64,000 nt of DNA, from assembly GCA_965225855.1 (NCBI GenBank), contig CBDDCK010000005.1, positions 512,001-576,000 of the forward strand, given 5' to 3'. The stretch's first letter is position 1, and each line of letters starts with the position of its first letter. Below, in pieces: positions 1 to 11,197 of the stretch. Source of the DNA: Spirochaetia bacterium. GTDB taxonomy: Bacteria > Spirochaetota > Spirochaetia > SP-2023. The notes under the pieces are model-generated. The model was given only the letters and a program-made list of their open reading frames with translations. It ran no database searches and had not been told where the DNA came from. Made by a program: the position numbers and the translations under genes.

Positions 1-1861
1 GCTGGGGCTTTGCGCCCTGCTTTTGCTTTTTCTCTTGTTTGGGAGGCTGCTTGATTATTGGTTTTGGTGAGCGCTTGCTTTGGCTGCCGGCAAAACGCGC
101 GCGCAATTCTTCTATACGTTCATTTTCTAACTGGTGGAATAAAATTTGCGGTTTAGGCAAAGGCTTTGCTGTATATAAATTTTGGTAGTTACCCAAATTC
201 TGCCAGCTAAAAAAATTTTTTCCAATAGATTTATTAGGCTGAATCTCGGTCTCAACAGCAAGTAGGCCTAGCAATGAAAGCATTTTTTCAGCTGTTTGCG
301 GCAAGTATGGGCGCAGGCAAATACTCAAATCATGGATCAAATAGACTAAAGCTGTCAGCCAAGCGTGGGTCAAAGTCCGATCGCTTTTTACCAGTATCCA
401 AGGTTCTTTTTCTTGGAATATTTTATTGCCGTTATTCGACATATCCATAATGCGGTGCAGGGCGTCTTTGAGCTGGCTCCATTCCAGCTTTTCAGTAATT
501 TCATTTTGTTGGCTACGCAATTCTTTGGCAAAGGCTACTAGCTTGCTATATTGCCAAACTTGCTCTGCTGGCAATAATTGGCCGCCAAAAAAACGCTGCA
601 AAAAACTCAAACTGCGGTTGACTAAATTGCCCAAATTGCCAATCAATTCGCGATTTAATAGTTGTTGAAATTCACTCCAGGTAAATTCGTAGTCGCTTTT
701 TTCTGGGCGGTTATAGTATAAATAAAAACGCCAGCAGTCGGCACTAATGCCTGTATCTTGGCAGTCATTGCCAAAAATACCTATACCGCGAGTTTTGGAA
801 AATTTGCCACTTTCATAATTTAAATATTCAGACGATGACATGTGGTGCAGCATTGTCCAATGTTTTGGATTTTCTTGTGTTTTGTGTGCTTCTTGTACTT
901 TGTGTGTTTGGGTTTTAGCCTGTGAGGCTAGTAGTGAGCTGGGGAATAATACAGTATGAAAAGGGATATTATCTTTGCCGATAAATTGGAATAGCTCGAC
1001 TTCTTTAGGGTTTTGCCACCAATTGCGCCAAGCATTTGCATTTTCACCGTGTTGCTCTAAAAGCTCTGCTGTAATGGAAATATAGGCAATGGGCGCATCA
1101 AACCAAACATAAAAGACTTTGCCGGGCATATCGGGAACGGGCACACCCCAGCTTAAATCCCGCGTAATGCAACGTTTTTTTAGACCATCTCGAATCCAGC
1201 TCTTGGTCATCTTCAAGGCGTTTTTGGCCCAACGGCCACGCTCACTAGCTTCATTGAGCCAAGTTTCCAGACGATCGTTTAATGCTGGCAAGTCGAGAAA
1301 TAAATGTTGTGTGCTACGTTGTTGCGGTTTTTGGCCACAGCTACCGCAGCGTGGCTCCAGTAAATCTATGGGTTCAAGCATTATTCCGCAATCTTCACAT
1401 TGGTCGCCGCGAGCATTTGTACTATGACAATGGGGGCAGCTACCGTGGATATAGCGATCGGCTAGGAAGCGGTTGCAATCCAAACAGAATGTTTGTTCCA
1501 TATCTTGTTTGTGGATAAAGCCATTGGCTTTAATTTCGCGGTAAAGATGCTGCACAATTTCTATTTGCTGTGGGCAAGAGCTACGGCCAAAATAGTCAAA
1601 GTCAATAGAAAACCATTCATAAATTTCTTTATGAATCTTGTGAAAGCGGTCGCAAAGTTCTTTAGGAGTTACTTTTTCCTGTGAGGCTTTAGTTTCGGTT
1701 GCTGTACCGTATTCATCAGAGCCACAGATGTACAAAGTTTCATAACCCCGTTGGCGGCAGAAACGGGCAAACACATCGGCGGACAATACTTGAATCAAGT
1801 TGCCTAAATGCGGAATATTATTGACATAAGGTAGGGCTGAGGTAATCAAACGCTTTTTCAT
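1..1861 (-). CDS. metG: Methionine--tRNA ligase (3' end outside the window; absent from the ORF track)
   Basis: Manual translation from ATG at 1861: MKKRLITSALPYVNNIPHLGNLIQVLSADVFARFCR (HIGH-like HLGN), later ESGKFSKTRGIGIFG (KMSKS equivalent). Confidence 0.95.
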   Translation of the reverse strand, partial: MKKRLITSALPYVNNIPHLGNLIQVLSADVFARFCRQRGYETLYICGSDEYGTATETKASQEKVTPKELCDRFHKIHKEIYEWFSIDFDYFGRSSCPQQIEIVQHLYREIKANGFIHKQDMEQTFCLDCNRFLADRYIHGSCPHCHSTNARGDQCEDCGIMLEPIDLLEPRCGSCGQKPQQRSTQHLFLDLPALNDRLETWLNEASERGRWAKNALKMTKSWIRDGLKKRCITRDLSWGVPVPDMPGKVFYVWFDAPIAYISITAELLEQHGENANAWRNWWQNPKEVELFQFIGKDNIPFHTVLFPSSLLASQAKTQTHKVQEAHKTQENPKHWTMLHHMSSSEYLNYESGKFSKTRGIGIFGNDCQDTGISADCWRFYLYYNRPEKSDYEFTWSEFQQLLNRELIGNLGNLVNRSLSFLQRFFGGQLLPAEQVWQYSKLVAFAKELRSQQNEITEKLEWSQLKDALHRIMDMSNNGNKIFQEKEPWILVKSDRTLTHAWLTALVYLIHDLSICLRPYLPQTAEKMLSLLGLLAVETEIQPNKSIGKNFFSWQNLGNYQNLYTAKPLPKPQILFHQLENERIEELRARFAGSQSKRSPKPIIKQPPKQEKKQKQGAKPQ

Positions 1862-1893
1862 ATTGCCTGTATTGTTCCTTATTTTTGCCAGTT

Positions 1894-2496
1894 TTACGCT
1901 AACCACGGCCGATTTTGGCGCAGTTTTTGTTCGTGGGCATAAATGGCTGCTTCACTAGCCAAAATCAAATCTATATCGTCCAAGCCTTCCAGCAAGCATT
2001 TGCGTTTAAAACTATCGATTTTAAAGCTATAGTTTTTATGTTCTACGCTTATATTTTGTTCAACTAAGTCTACCGTAAATTCTAGCCCCTGCTGGGCAAA
2101 CAAGCGCATTTCTTGGAGTTGTTCAGTGGCAATGATGGGTAGGGCTAAAATGCCATTTTTTACGGTATTACTGAGGAAAATATCGGCAAAACTTTCTGCG
2201 AGAATGACACGAATACCAAAATCGGCCAAGGCCCAAGGTGCGTGCTCACGAGAGGAACCACAGCCAAAATTCTTGCTAGAAATAAGTATTTTAGCTTCGC
2301 GGTAGGGTTTTTGGTTCAGCACAAAGTCTGAAATTTCCTGATTTTCTTGGTCATAACGCATTTCATGAAATAGATGGACTCCTAGGCCGGTGCGTTTAAC
2401 CGTTTTTAAAAAACCTTTTGGAATTAGCATATCAGTATCAATATTGTCAATATTGAGTGGTGCAGCAGCCCCTTTGACAACGGTAAATTTGTCCAT
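1894..2496 (-). CDS. leuD: 3-isopropylmalate dehydratase small subunit
   Basis: NIDTDMLIPKGFLK and NFGCGSSREHAPWAL motifs. Confidence 0.97.
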   Translation of the reverse strand: MDKFTVVKGAAAPLNIDNIDTDMLIPKGFLKTVKRTGLGVHLFHEMRYDQENQEISDFVLNQKPYREAKILISSKNFGCGSSREHAPWALADFGIRVILAESFADIFLSNTVKNGILALPIIATEQLQEMRLFAQQGLEFTVDLVEQNISVEHKNYSFKIDSFKRKCLLEGLDDIDLILASEAAIYAHEQKLRQNRPWLA

Positions 2497-2543
2497 AGGT
2501 ATATTCTCCTCTTGGTTCTAATTATGTTTTTGAGCCGCTTTTG

Positions 2544-2939
2544 CTATTCTTGTTTTTCTTGGGCAGGGATTGTATGTTTTAACTCAAATCCCCGGACTAT
2601 GGCAAATGCGATCAATGCTAGCAAAAATACGCTAAGATACATCAAGGCTAAACTTTGTAGAGTTTCGATAATAAGGCGATATATTTCCAGAATACATCGG
2701 TATAAATTTAACTTGATTTTACCAGCGATATAATCTTCTAATTTATAAATATTGACGCCACCAGAAATGCCTGTTATGTAGGCGGCAAATTTTATATATT
2801 TATCCCAAGCCCTAGATATTTTATCTTGAATAATGCGCTGAAATATTGCCGAAACAGGTGCATCGAAAACTTTAACCACAGTATAAGAGACAATAACGGG
2901 AATGAAAAATGTAATAACGAATAATAATACAGAAAACAT
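2544..2939 (-). CDS. Hypothetical membrane protein between leuC and leuD
   Basis: 131 aa with 2-3 hydrophobic segments; AAGGA RBS just after the leuC stop. Confidence 0.75.
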   Translation of the reverse strand: MFSVLLFVITFFIPVIVSYTVVKVFDAPVSAIFQRIIQDKISRAWDKYIKFAAYITGISGGVNIYKLEDYIAGKIKLNLYRCILEIYRLIIETLQSLALMYLSVFLLALIAFAIVRGFELKHTIPAQEKQE

Positions 2940-2949
2940 TGTTTGTCCT

Positions 2950-4356
2950 TTATTTTTCGATCAATTCGCGCACATCGCAGATATGGCCTTCAACGGCAGC
3001 AGCAGCAGCCATCGCGGGGCTCATCAAATGGGTGCGGCCGCCTCGCCCTTGGCGCCCTTCAAAGTTGCGATTTGAAGTGGAAGCACAGCGTTCATTGGGC
3101 AAAAGTTGATCGCCATTCATCGCTAAGCACATCGAACAGCCTGGCATGCGCCATTCAAAGCCGGCCTCAATAAAAATTTTGTCTAGCCCTTCTTTTTCTG
3201 CCTGTAAACGCACGGGCATGGAACCGGGCACAATTAGAGCTTGTTTGATATTAGAAGCAATTTTCCTTTGGCCTTTGGTTGCGGCGGCTTTTAATACTTT
3301 GGCTGCTTCGCGAATATCTTCAATTCGGCTGTTTGTGCAGGAACCAATAAAAATCTTATCAATTTGCACATCTGCCAGTTTGGTGCCCGGTTGTAGGCCA
3401 ATATAATCTAGTGTTCTTTGTTTTGTTGGGCTAGTGGCTTTCGGCACAACACCATTGATATTTAAAACATCTTCAGGCGAAGTGCCCCAAGTTACCTGAG
3501 GCTCTATATCGGCAGCATCAAATTGTAGTTCTTTGTCAAATACCGCATCGTCATCTGTTTTGAGGCTAAGCCAATGGGCCATAGCCTGCTCCCACTCTTG
3601 CCCTTTGGGCGACATTGCGCGTTCTTTCAAATAGTTAAAAATTGTTTGATCGGGAGCAACCATGGCAACGCGGGCCCCAGCTTCAATCCCCATATTGCAG
3701 ACCGTCATACGGCCAGCGATACTCATATTTTCAAATACACTGCCGGCAAATTCAATGGCATAACCAGTACCGCCTGCTGTTCCAATTTGTCCAATTACAT
3801 AAAGAATAGCATCTTTAGGCCTCACATATGGGCTAAGCTTGCCATCAATACAAATGCGCATATTCTTCATTTTGCGTTGCAACAAACATTGGCTGGCCAT
3901 CACTTGTTCCACTTCTGATGTGCCGATACCAAAGGCAATCGTACCAAAAGCCCCATGGGTAGCGGTATGCGAATCACCACAAACTACAGTACTGCCAGGT
4001 AGTATAAAACCCCGCTCGGGGGCAATAACATGGCAAACACCGTTGTATTTGTGCCCTAAGGGATAGTATTCAATATCACTTTCCTCGGTATTGTGGGCTA
4101 AGGTTTCCAATTGGATTTTGGCTTGTTCGTCTACAATCGTTTCAATGTTACAAGTTGGGGTATTGTGGTCGGCAACCGCTAATAATTTGTGCTTGTTGCG
4201 CACGGTGCGATCTTTGAGTTTTAAACCTTCAAATGCTTGTGGTGAGGTAACTTCATGGACAATCATGCGGTCTATATAAAGCAGGCTGGTTCCATCGGAT
4301 CGTTTTTCTACTTCATGTTCTTTCCATATTTTATCATAGAGGGTTTCGCCTGGCAT
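2950..4356 (-). CDS. leuC: 3-isopropylmalate dehydratase large subunit
   Basis: [53 protein letters not shown] motifs. Confidence 0.98.
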   Translation of the reverse strand: MPGETLYDKIWKEHEVEKRSDGTSLLYIDRMIVHEVTSPQAFEGLKLKDRTVRNKHKLLAVADHNTPTCNIETIVDEQAKIQLETLAHNTEESDIEYYPLGHKYNGVCHVIAPERGFILPGSTVVCGDSHTATHGAFGTIAFGIGTSEVEQVMASQCLLQRKMKNMRICIDGKLSPYVRPKDAILYVIGQIGTAGGTGYAIEFAGSVFENMSIAGRMTVCNMGIEAGARVAMVAPDQTIFNYLKERAMSPKGQEWEQAMAHWLSLKTDDDAVFDKELQFDAADIEPQVTWGTSPEDVLNINGVVPKATSPTKQRTLDYIGLQPGTKLADVQIDKIFIGSCTNSRIEDIREAAKVLKAAATKGQRKIASNIKQALIVPGSMPVRLQAEKEGLDKIFIEAGFEWRMPGCSMCLAMNGDQLLPNERCASTSNRNFEGRQGRGGRTHLMSPAMAAAAAVEGHICDVRELIEK

Positions 4357-4931
4357 CGGTGTCTCCTTTTTATTTAGCTTTAAAAGTTTATGTTCTGTAA
4401 TCTCTTATTCTTAACCGAATGTAGTCTCTTCAGAGACAAGCTTGGCCCAGCTAGAATAGTGAAATTACTTTATAAGCGCAATCAATAATTTTTGTAAGAC
4501 TAAATATAAAAGATATTTATAAATTGTTTATGATTTAACTATGGTACAAGGCTCTTTTGTTTTACAATGCAGTGTAAATTTTGGGAAAATTTTGAAATCT
4601 ATTATAAAAACTGTTTTTCGATTAGGCAAGAGGGATTCCCATGTGGGCAAAACAACAATACATAAAGCAATAGTTTGTTTTTGTGCTTTGTGTCTTGTCA
4701 GTTGTTTTGGTATCACAACGCAAAATCAAACACTATTAAACCATAAGCGTTCTCGCAATCTCAACCCAACCGTGAAGGCTATCGGGTTTATCAAGTTGAC
4801 AATTGGGCCTAAGCTTTGCTAAAATTTTCTCAATTGATGGAGCTCGACCCATATTATACTTATTAATGAATTTCATGCGGTGATTTCTCTCGGCGATAAA
4901 ATTGGCAACAAAATTAGATTTTATTGACAGT

Positions 4932-6671
4932 ATGCCCAATCGTTTACAGCTTTGTGTGTTCCACTACCACTTAAAGCCCGGTGGGGTTACCGATGTTATT
5001 ATGGGCTGGATTCGCGTCTTGGCGCGTTATTCGGCAGAAATTTTCCCCCAATATCGAGAGCTTGTGGTGCGCGTATGTTGTGGCAGCGCAGAAAATGTAG
5101 CACAATTGCAGTCAGAAGATTTTGGTTTGCTAACTGTTGATTTTGCGATAGACAGCCGGCTCGGTTATGACAATCAAGATATACTATCTTTTGGCAAAGA
5201 TTATCCCAAACATATAGAGCAAGTGGCGACGCATTTATTAGAGCATTACAACGCTAAAGGTTGGGATAATTTATGGTGGCTGCACAATTATCATTTGGGG
5301 AAAAACGTCGATTATACTCAAGCGTTGCTTCAAATTGTTCAGCAGCTAAAGCCGGCCAATTTAAGCTTTTTATTGCATATTCACGATTTTCCCGAATGTG
5401 GGCGACTTGCGCTGTATCAAAAATTGCTTCAAAGTCAGTGCAGTTTGTATAGTCAATGTTCTGCCGAAGTTGCTCTGCTGTATCCAATTGCGCCTAATGT
5501 TTGTTATAGCACAATCAACAAGAGGGATTTACAAATTCTGCGAGATGCTGGTTTACCAGAGCAGAAATTATTTTTTTTGCCAAATCCTGTGATATTTGAT
5601 GATTTAACAAAATTTCCTGTCGATAGCGCTTCTTTGCGCATGCAATTTAACCAAAATTTTTGTTTGCCAGATGCGCCATTGGCATTGTATCCAGTGCGCT
5701 GTATTCGGCGCAAAAATATTTTAGAACTGGCACTGCTGAATGTATTGACCAAAAAGCCGTGGAATTTGGTTTGTACTTTGCCCGGGGTATCGGAGAGTGA
5801 ACAGCTTTATTCAAAACAGGTTGAAAACTTATATCAAAATGGGGTGATTCAAGGTGCTTGCCATGTTGGCCTGCAATTAGAGCAAAAAGGCTGGAGCTTT
5901 GCCATGTTGTGCCATGCTGCTGATATTATTGTTTCTAGCTCTGTGATGGAGGGTTTTGGCTTTACTTATTTTAACTCGATGTACTGGGGCAAAACTTTAT
6001 TTGCTCGCTATCTTGATGTTCTACAAGGTTTTGAGCATTGTTTTGAACCTGCGTTGTCCCTATTTTATCGCCAACTAAAAATTCCACTGTACAAGCTTAA
6101 TGGTAGGGTAGACCCTATATTAGCAGAATTATATTTTGAGCTACAACAAAAATATAGCAATTACATGCTTGGCTTGCCAGCTTTTGTGGGTAGGGAATTG
6201 CAACGTGAATTTAGCAAATTGCTTAAGCCGTCTGGTGAGCAGCTGCCCGAATATTTGGATTTTGCTTTATTCAATTTAGCCCAGCAAAAAAAACTTTTAT
6301 GGCGCTTGCACCATCATAAAAATGATACTGAAGATTGTTTTTTGCTAGCTTGCCGCCAAGCAAACTCAAATCTACTACAAGGTTTTGAATCTTTTCTATT
6401 TTATTCTGAAAATTTGCTTAAAAATCCTTCTGAAAATAAAGTGCAGCAAAATCGCAAAGATCTTGTTCGCAAAGATCTTGCCACCGAATTTGCACCACAA
6501 CGCCTTGCAAAAATTTTCAAGCAAGCGAGTATGGCTTGTTTGTCTGATCGTTTTGTGCTTGAGCCCAAATGTGCTGTTGATTTAGCTGCGATTAGCTATA
6601 ATGTTTTGCGTTCCTTTAGCAAATGGCAATATCATTATGCTATTTTATTGGACGATTGCTTGGGAAAATAA
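4932..6671 (+). CDS. GT-B fold (GT4-like) glycosyltransferase
   Basis: FHYHLKPGGVTDVI N-terminus, HIHDFPE, YPVRCIRRKNILE, SSVMEGFG (ExFG). ATG 4932 preferred over TTG 4902. Confidence 0.75.
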   Translation: MPNRLQLCVFHYHLKPGGVTDVIMGWIRVLARYSAEIFPQYRELVVRVCCGSAENVAQLQSEDFGLLTVDFAIDSRLGYDNQDILSFGKDYPKHIEQVATHLLEHYNAKGWDNLWWLHNYHLGKNVDYTQALLQIVQQLKPANLSFLLHIHDFPECGRLALYQKLLQSQCSLYSQCSAEVALLYPIAPNVCYSTINKRDLQILRDAGLPEQKLFFLPNPVIFDDLTKFPVDSASLRMQFNQNFCLPDAPLALYPVRCIRRKNILELALLNVLTKKPWNLVCTLPGVSESEQLYSKQVENLYQNGVIQGACHVGLQLEQKGWSFAMLCHAADIIVSSSVMEGFGFTYFNSMYWGKTLFARYLDVLQGFEHCFEPALSLFYRQLKIPLYKLNGRVDPILAELYFELQQKYSNYMLGLPAFVGRELQREFSKLLKPSGEQLPEYLDFALFNLAQQKKLLWRLHHHKNDTEDCFLLACRQANSNLLQGFESFLFYSENLLKNPSENKVQQNRKDLVRKDLATEFAPQRLAKIFKQASMACLSDRFVLEPKCAVDLAAISYNVLRSFSKWQYHYAILLDDCLGK

Positions 6672-6832
6672 ATATTTCCATGTGAGTAAAAAACTGTGAT
6701 AGATAGAAAAATTCTCAAAATAATGCATGAATATTTTGTAAATAGCGAAGAGGCCAAGCAACTGTTAAATGATAATAGAGGACCTTTAGATAAAAATGGA
6801 AAGCAATGCTACTCAATGATTAATCAAATACC

Positions 6833-8680
6833 TTGATGATATTCTCAACCGTAGAGAGCTTACAAAAGCAAAACAAAGTCCAAAACGAAAAATTAAAGGT
6901 GCTGAAACAATTATTTCCTGAAGTCATCAATTCCGATGGGCAATTAGACATCAACGCCCTTCAAGACTTCATAAGCCTTAACCAAACCACCGCCAACAAC
7001 AAAGGCTATGAACTTACCTTTGCCGGCAAGGGCTTGGCCAAAGCTAGAGCCAGCAGCGAAACGCCTTATGAACTCAAAACCGAAACAGAGCAAAGCAAAA
7101 ATTGGCACAGCACCGAAAATGTCATGATTCGGGGCGACAATTTAGAAGTATTGAAAATCTTGAAGGCAAATTATTTTGCAAAAGTTAAAATGATTTACAT
7201 AGACCCACCTTATAACACCAAAAGTGAAAACTTCATTTATAACGACAACTTCAAAAAAAACGAAAAAGATTTAATCAAAGACTTTGGTTTGGACGAAAAC
7301 ACCACAGACTTTTTAAGTAATGTTTATGGTACTCGTAGCCACAGTGGTTGGTTGGCGTTTATGTACCCTAGATTGAAATTAGCGCGTGATTTACTCAAAG
7401 ACGATGGCGTGATTTTCATCAGCATAGACGACAACGAACAAGCGAATCTAAAAATTCTTTGCGATGAGATTTTTGGCGAAGATAATTTTGTTGCCCAATT
7501 TGTTTGGAAGACAACAAAAAGCGCACAAGGTATGAAAACCAAAAACATGATTGTGAACAATCAAGAAATAATTTTTACCTATGCAAAGGACAGCAATATT
7601 TTTGAATTTATCGGTATGGAAAGAAATGATGTTGGGTTTTCCAATCCGGATAATGATCGAAGGGGGGCATGGAAAAGGCAGTATTTGCAAAGATTAGGGC
7701 AGAATCTATCAAAAAAGAGAATTGTCGATCCTATCACCAACATATCATATGAGTTTGAGACTCCTTATACTCAAGAAAAATTAGAACGTTGGATTGAAGA
7801 AGAAAGAATTATTTTTCCCAAAAATAAAAATGGCTACCCAGCTAGAAAAGAATTTTTAAGTGAATATAAAAATAATAAACAGTTGGTAACCAGTTTAGAT
7901 TTATACCCTACAAAATCATATACTGAAAAAGTTTATAAGTTTTTTGACAACTATAAAATATTTAATAACCCAAAACCGGACGATTTAATTAAATTCCTTA
8001 TCAAGAATAGCTTTAATACAAATAATGATATTATCCTAGATTTTTTTGCGGGTTCGGGCACTACCGGCGATGCGGTAATGCAATTAAATAATGAAGATGG
8101 CGGCAATAGAAAATTTATCTTAGTACAATGGGACGAAGCCATAAAAGAAAATACCGAAGCGTATCAATTTTGTATTGAAAATAACTTTGAGCCGGTAATT
8201 TCCAGTATTACCATAGAGAGACTAAATCGTGCGGGGGCTAAACTCAAACAAGAGCAAAAAGCCAAAGAAGGCATATTTGAAAGTGAAAAATTGGATATAG
8301 GCTATAAAGTCTTTTCGCTCAAGCCAAAACCGAAAATTATAGAAGACGATAATCATTTATTTACTTTAGAAAACCAAAGAGAACATACTACCGATACTGT
8401 ATATAATATGCTTTGCGCCACCAATAAACCTTTGCACACGCCTGTACAAGAACGTATTGCCGATAGTTTGTATTTGGTGGAACATATAGCAAAGGGCACA
8501 ATGCAAAAAAGTTTTTATTTGCTCAATATACCCAATGAGGAAATAGCCAAACAGATAATTGCTGAATTGGACAAAAATCCCGATAGCCAAATTTATATAG
8601 ATGGCTATAGTAGTATCAAACTGCAAAATTGGCTAAATTTGGGTATCGAGAGTAAAGAGAGTGTAAGGGTGGTTTATTAG
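6833..8680 (+). CDS. mod: Type III restriction-modification methyltransferase Mod (mod1; no adjacent res)
   Basis: [29 protein letters not shown], variable [14 protein letters not shown] (beta-class m6A order). Confidence 0.95.
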   Translation: MMIFSTVESLQKQNKVQNEKLKVLKQLFPEVINSDGQLDINALQDFISLNQTTANNKGYELTFAGKGLAKARASSETPYELKTETEQSKNWHSTENVMIRGDNLEVLKILKANYFAKVKMIYIDPPYNTKSENFIYNDNFKKNEKDLIKDFGLDENTTDFLSNVYGTRSHSGWLAFMYPRLKLARDLLKDDGVIFISIDDNEQANLKILCDEIFGEDNFVAQFVWKTTKSAQGMKTKNMIVNNQEIIFTYAKDSNIFEFIGMERNDVGFSNPDNDRRGAWKRQYLQRLGQNLSKKRIVDPITNISYEFETPYTQEKLERWIEEERIIFPKNKNGYPARKEFLSEYKNNKQLVTSLDLYPTKSYTEKVYKFFDNYKIFNNPKPDDLIKFLIKNSFNTNNDIILDFFAGSGTTGDAVMQLNNEDGGNRKFILVQWDEAIKENTEAYQFCIENNFEPVISSITIERLNRAGAKLKQEQKAKEGIFESEKLDIGYKVFSLKPKPKIIEDDNHLFTLENQREHTTDTVYNMLCATNKPLHTPVQERIADSLYLVEHIAKGTMQKSFYLLNIPNEEIAKQIIAELDKNPDSQIYIDGYSSIKLQNWLNLGIESKESVRVVY

Positions 8681-8716
8681 AAATAATTTCATTATAGCAA
8701 TTTTATTGGGGAAACA

Positions 8717-9136
8717 ATGATGGATAACAACAGAATAAAACATTTGGAGTTTTTGCAAAATATCATTACTAGAATGAATACCAATTCATTCCAAATAAAA
8801 ACTTTTACCGTTACTATGGTATCTGCGCTGTTAGCGGTTTTTGCCTCTACTAAAAATGAATTATTTATTTTGATTGGAGTTTTTGCAGTGTTGTTGTTTT
8901 GGTTTTTGGATAGTTATTATTTGCAGCAAGAAAGAAAATTTAGAGGCATCTATAACAATATTTCTGGCCTAAAAAAAGATGTTGCAATTAAAGATTTTGA
9001 AATGCCTATACATAAGTTTGTTGGTGGGCAGTTCAATTATTGGCAAGTATTTTGTTCTAAGACAATATGCTTATTTTATGGCTTTATTATAAGTTCCTTG
9101 ATAATAATTTTTATTGTTTTTAATTTTTGTTATTAA
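8717..9136 (+). CDS. Hypothetical 3-TM membrane protein (KHLEFLQNIITRMNTNSF type), possible defence effector
   Basis: 139 aa, three hydrophobic segments, FWFLDSYYLQQERKFR motif; lies in the defence island. Confidence 0.7.
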   Translation: MMDNNRIKHLEFLQNIITRMNTNSFQIKTFTVTMVSALLAVFASTKNELFILIGVFAVLLFWFLDSYYLQQERKFRGIYNNISGLKKDVAIKDFEMPIHKFVGGQFNYWQVFCSKTICLFYGFIISSLIIIFIVFNFCY

Positions 9137-9200
9137 GGTTTTGTTGATTATTAGGGTTGGGGATAAAATTTTTATCTTAATGTAAAGAAAAGTAGAGTTT

Positions 9201-9283
9201 ATGATAAACAAAAAAGAGTTGAGTCAAAATGCTATAAAAACCGTAGACAGTTAAAAAATGGAATATTGAGTTTTAAAGATTTC
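9201..9283 (+). pseudogene. Eroded 5' fragment of a mod gene
   Basis: MINKKELSQNAIKTVDS* resembles mod3 MINQSDLPKHNIPSLDS and mod1 STVES. Upstream aaagtagagtttatg resembles mod3 gagagtggagctatg. gaatattgag...aaagat matches the mod NIEALKD codons. Confidence 0.5.
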
Positions 9284-9332
9284 GCTTATGGATTAAAACA
9301 AAAGCAATTCATAATTCATCAAGGGAGAATAA

Positions 9333-9752
9333 ATGGTGAATGAAGATATAAGATGGCAACAGCGGTTTTTGAATTTTCAAAAAGCATTTCATCAACTCCA
9401 TGAAGCTATGGAGATTTTAGAAAAACGCCCTTTAACTAATTTAGAAAGGCAAGGTTTCATTCAAGCCTTTGAATATACCCACGAGTTAGCTTGGAAAACC
9501 ATGAAAGACTTTTTAGAATACAAGGGCAATACACAAACCATTTATGGTTCAAAAGACGCCACAAGAGAAGCGTTTAACGTAAATCTTATCACGCATGGAG
9601 AAGATTGGATGCGTATGATAAACAGCAGGAATTTAACCTCACACACTTATAATGAGGCTAAAGTACAAGAAATTATAAAGCTTATATCAAACAATTACTT
9701 TGTTAGATTTGTAGAATTTAAGGAAAAATTTCAAGAGCTTCAAAACCAGTAA
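9333..9752 (+). CDS. HI0074-family nucleotidyltransferase substrate-binding / HEPN protein (toxin-like)
   Basis: RWQQRF, GFIQAFEYTHELAWKTMKD, RNLTSHTY (RX4H HEPN motif). Confidence 0.9.
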   Translation: MVNEDIRWQQRFLNFQKAFHQLHEAMEILEKRPLTNLERQGFIQAFEYTHELAWKTMKDFLEYKGNTQTIYGSKDATREAFNVNLITHGEDWMRMINSRNLTSHTYNEAKVQEIIKLISNNYFVRFVEFKEKFQELQNQ

Positions 9753-9753
9753 T

Positions 9754-10053
9754 ATGTTCGGATTATCGCAAATCACGATAGATTCTATCAATGCAATTTT
9801 TGTAAATTATCAAAGTATTTTAAAGGTTATCGTGTATGGTTCAAGGGCAAAAGGCAATTACAAAGAAGGCTCTGATATAGATTTGGCTTTATTTGGCAAT
9901 GGCTTGGATTTTAAGGTTATCAGTGAAATAGATTGCAAAATTGATGATTTGATGTTGCCCTACAAAATAGACCTTTGCATTTACAATCATTTGGAAAACA
10001 GCGACTTAAAAGATCATATCAATAAAGTAGGTAGGCTTTTCTTTGAGAAATAA
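9754..10053 (+). CDS. Minimal nucleotidyltransferase (MNT, HI0073-like antitoxin)
   Basis: YGSRAKGNYKEGSDIDL (GSX10DXD); adjacent to the HEPN gene. Confidence 0.92.
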   Translation: MFGLSQITIDSINAIFVNYQSILKVIVYGSRAKGNYKEGSDIDLALFGNGLDFKVISEIDCKIDDLMLPYKIDLCIYNHLENSDLKDHINKVGRLFFEK

Positions 10054-10054
10054 C

Positions 10055-10215
10055 ATGCTAACTGAACAAGATTTAAGCCAACACAACATCAAAAGCCTAG
10101 ACCCTTCGCAAACGCACAAGGAAAGCCAAAACGCAACACTACAAGCCCTCAAACAATTATTGCCGGAAGTCATCAATGCCGATGGGCCGATGGCCAATTG
10201 AATATTGAGGTCAAA
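10055..10215 (+). pseudogene. 5' remnant of a mod3-like gene
   Basis: MLTEQDLSQHNIKSLDPSQTHKESQNATLQALKQLLPEVINADG; DNA nearly identical to ~26445-26575; frameshifted by an 8-bp tandem duplication GCCGATGG (10178-10193). Confidence 0.9.
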
Positions 10216-10234
10216 TTGAAGGTAGAATTACTAT

Positions 10235-11197
10235 ATGCCAAACAAATCACATTTTAATAAAGGACATATTGCACTCAATAATCAAAGAAAAAATGGCGTT
10301 AGCCATAGTTCTAAAATAGATTTACCGGCGCATAATGTCAAAAAAACAACTCATACGGTTTTCATTCAAGATGCTGTCAAGGCGTTAAAAAATATTCCTG
10401 ACAATACGATTCAATTAATCTTGATCGATCCACCTTATAATTTAGATTTAGATTATTGGGATACCTTTGAGAATTATTTGGAGTGGGCTAAATTGTGGCT
10501 GGACCCAATATACAGAGTTTTAGCACCTTCTGGAAATTGCGTTATCTTTGGAGGTTTTCAGTATCAAGACCTTAAAAAGGGAGACCTTTTAGAAATACTG
10601 TATTACACAAGGCATTCGACTAATTTGCGTTTTGTAAATCTTATAATATGGTATTACAGAAATGGAATGAGTGCTCATAGGTTTTTTGCAAACCGGCATG
10701 AAGAAGCAGTTTGGTTGTCAAAAACAAAAAAGTATTATTTTGATCTTGATTCGGTAAGAATTCTATACGATGAAGAAACAAAAAAAATCTATAAAAAGGA
10801 TAAAAGACTAAATCCTGATAGTGTAGATAAAGGCAAAAACCCTACAAATGTTTGGGAAATAAGTAGGCTTAACGGAAATTCAAAAGAGAGAGTCGGCCAC
10901 CCCACACAAAAACCAATAGAAATTATACGGAGATTTGTTCGCGGTCTTTCATACCCTGGTTCTCTAGTTCTTGATTTCTTTGCTGGATCAGGAACAACTG
11001 GCAGAGTTTGTATTGAAGAAGGTAGGAATTCAATATTGGTAGATGACGATTCTACTTTGAATGACTACCTTCAGACACATATAGAACAAATAGATGATAC
11101 GTTTATGAAACCTTATGAAATAGTTCAGGGTAACGATATATCTAAAACTATTAGTAAAGTTTGGAATATCGATCGTAATAAAGTAGTATCCGTTTAG
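10235..11197 (+). CDS. Orphan beta-class N6-adenine DNA methyltransferase, M.RsrI-like (predicted GAATTC)
   Basis: DPPY before FAGSGT. Segments NGMSAHRFFANRHEE, KTKKYYFDLD, KDKRLNP and SRLNGNSKERVGHPTQKP closely match M.RsrI as recalled. Confidence 0.88.
   Translation: MPNKSHFNKGHIALNNQRKNGVSHSSKIDLPAHNVKKTTHTVFIQDAVKALKNIPDNTIQLILIDPPYNLDLDYWDTFENYLEWAKLWLDPIYRVLAPSGNCVIFGGFQYQDLKKGDLLEILYYTRHSTNLRFVNLIIWYYRNGMSAHRFFANRHEEAVWLSKTKKYYFDLDSVRILYDEETKKIYKKDKRLNPDSVDKGKNPTNVWEISRLNGNSKERVGHPTQKPIEIIRRFVRGLSYPGSLVLDFFAGSGTTGRVCIEEGRNSILVDDDSTLNDYLQTHIEQIDDTFMKPYEIVQGNDISKTISKVWNIDRNKVVSV

Noticed and set aside
426..1684. Plus-strand ORFs in the ORF track
   Set aside because: Antisense shadows of metG.
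6816..6836. Upstream ATG ATT AAT CAA (MINQ) out of frame with mod1, hinting at a 5' frameshift
   Set aside because: In-frame TTG/ATG starts at 6833/6836 give an essentially full protein, so pseudogene status cannot be supported.
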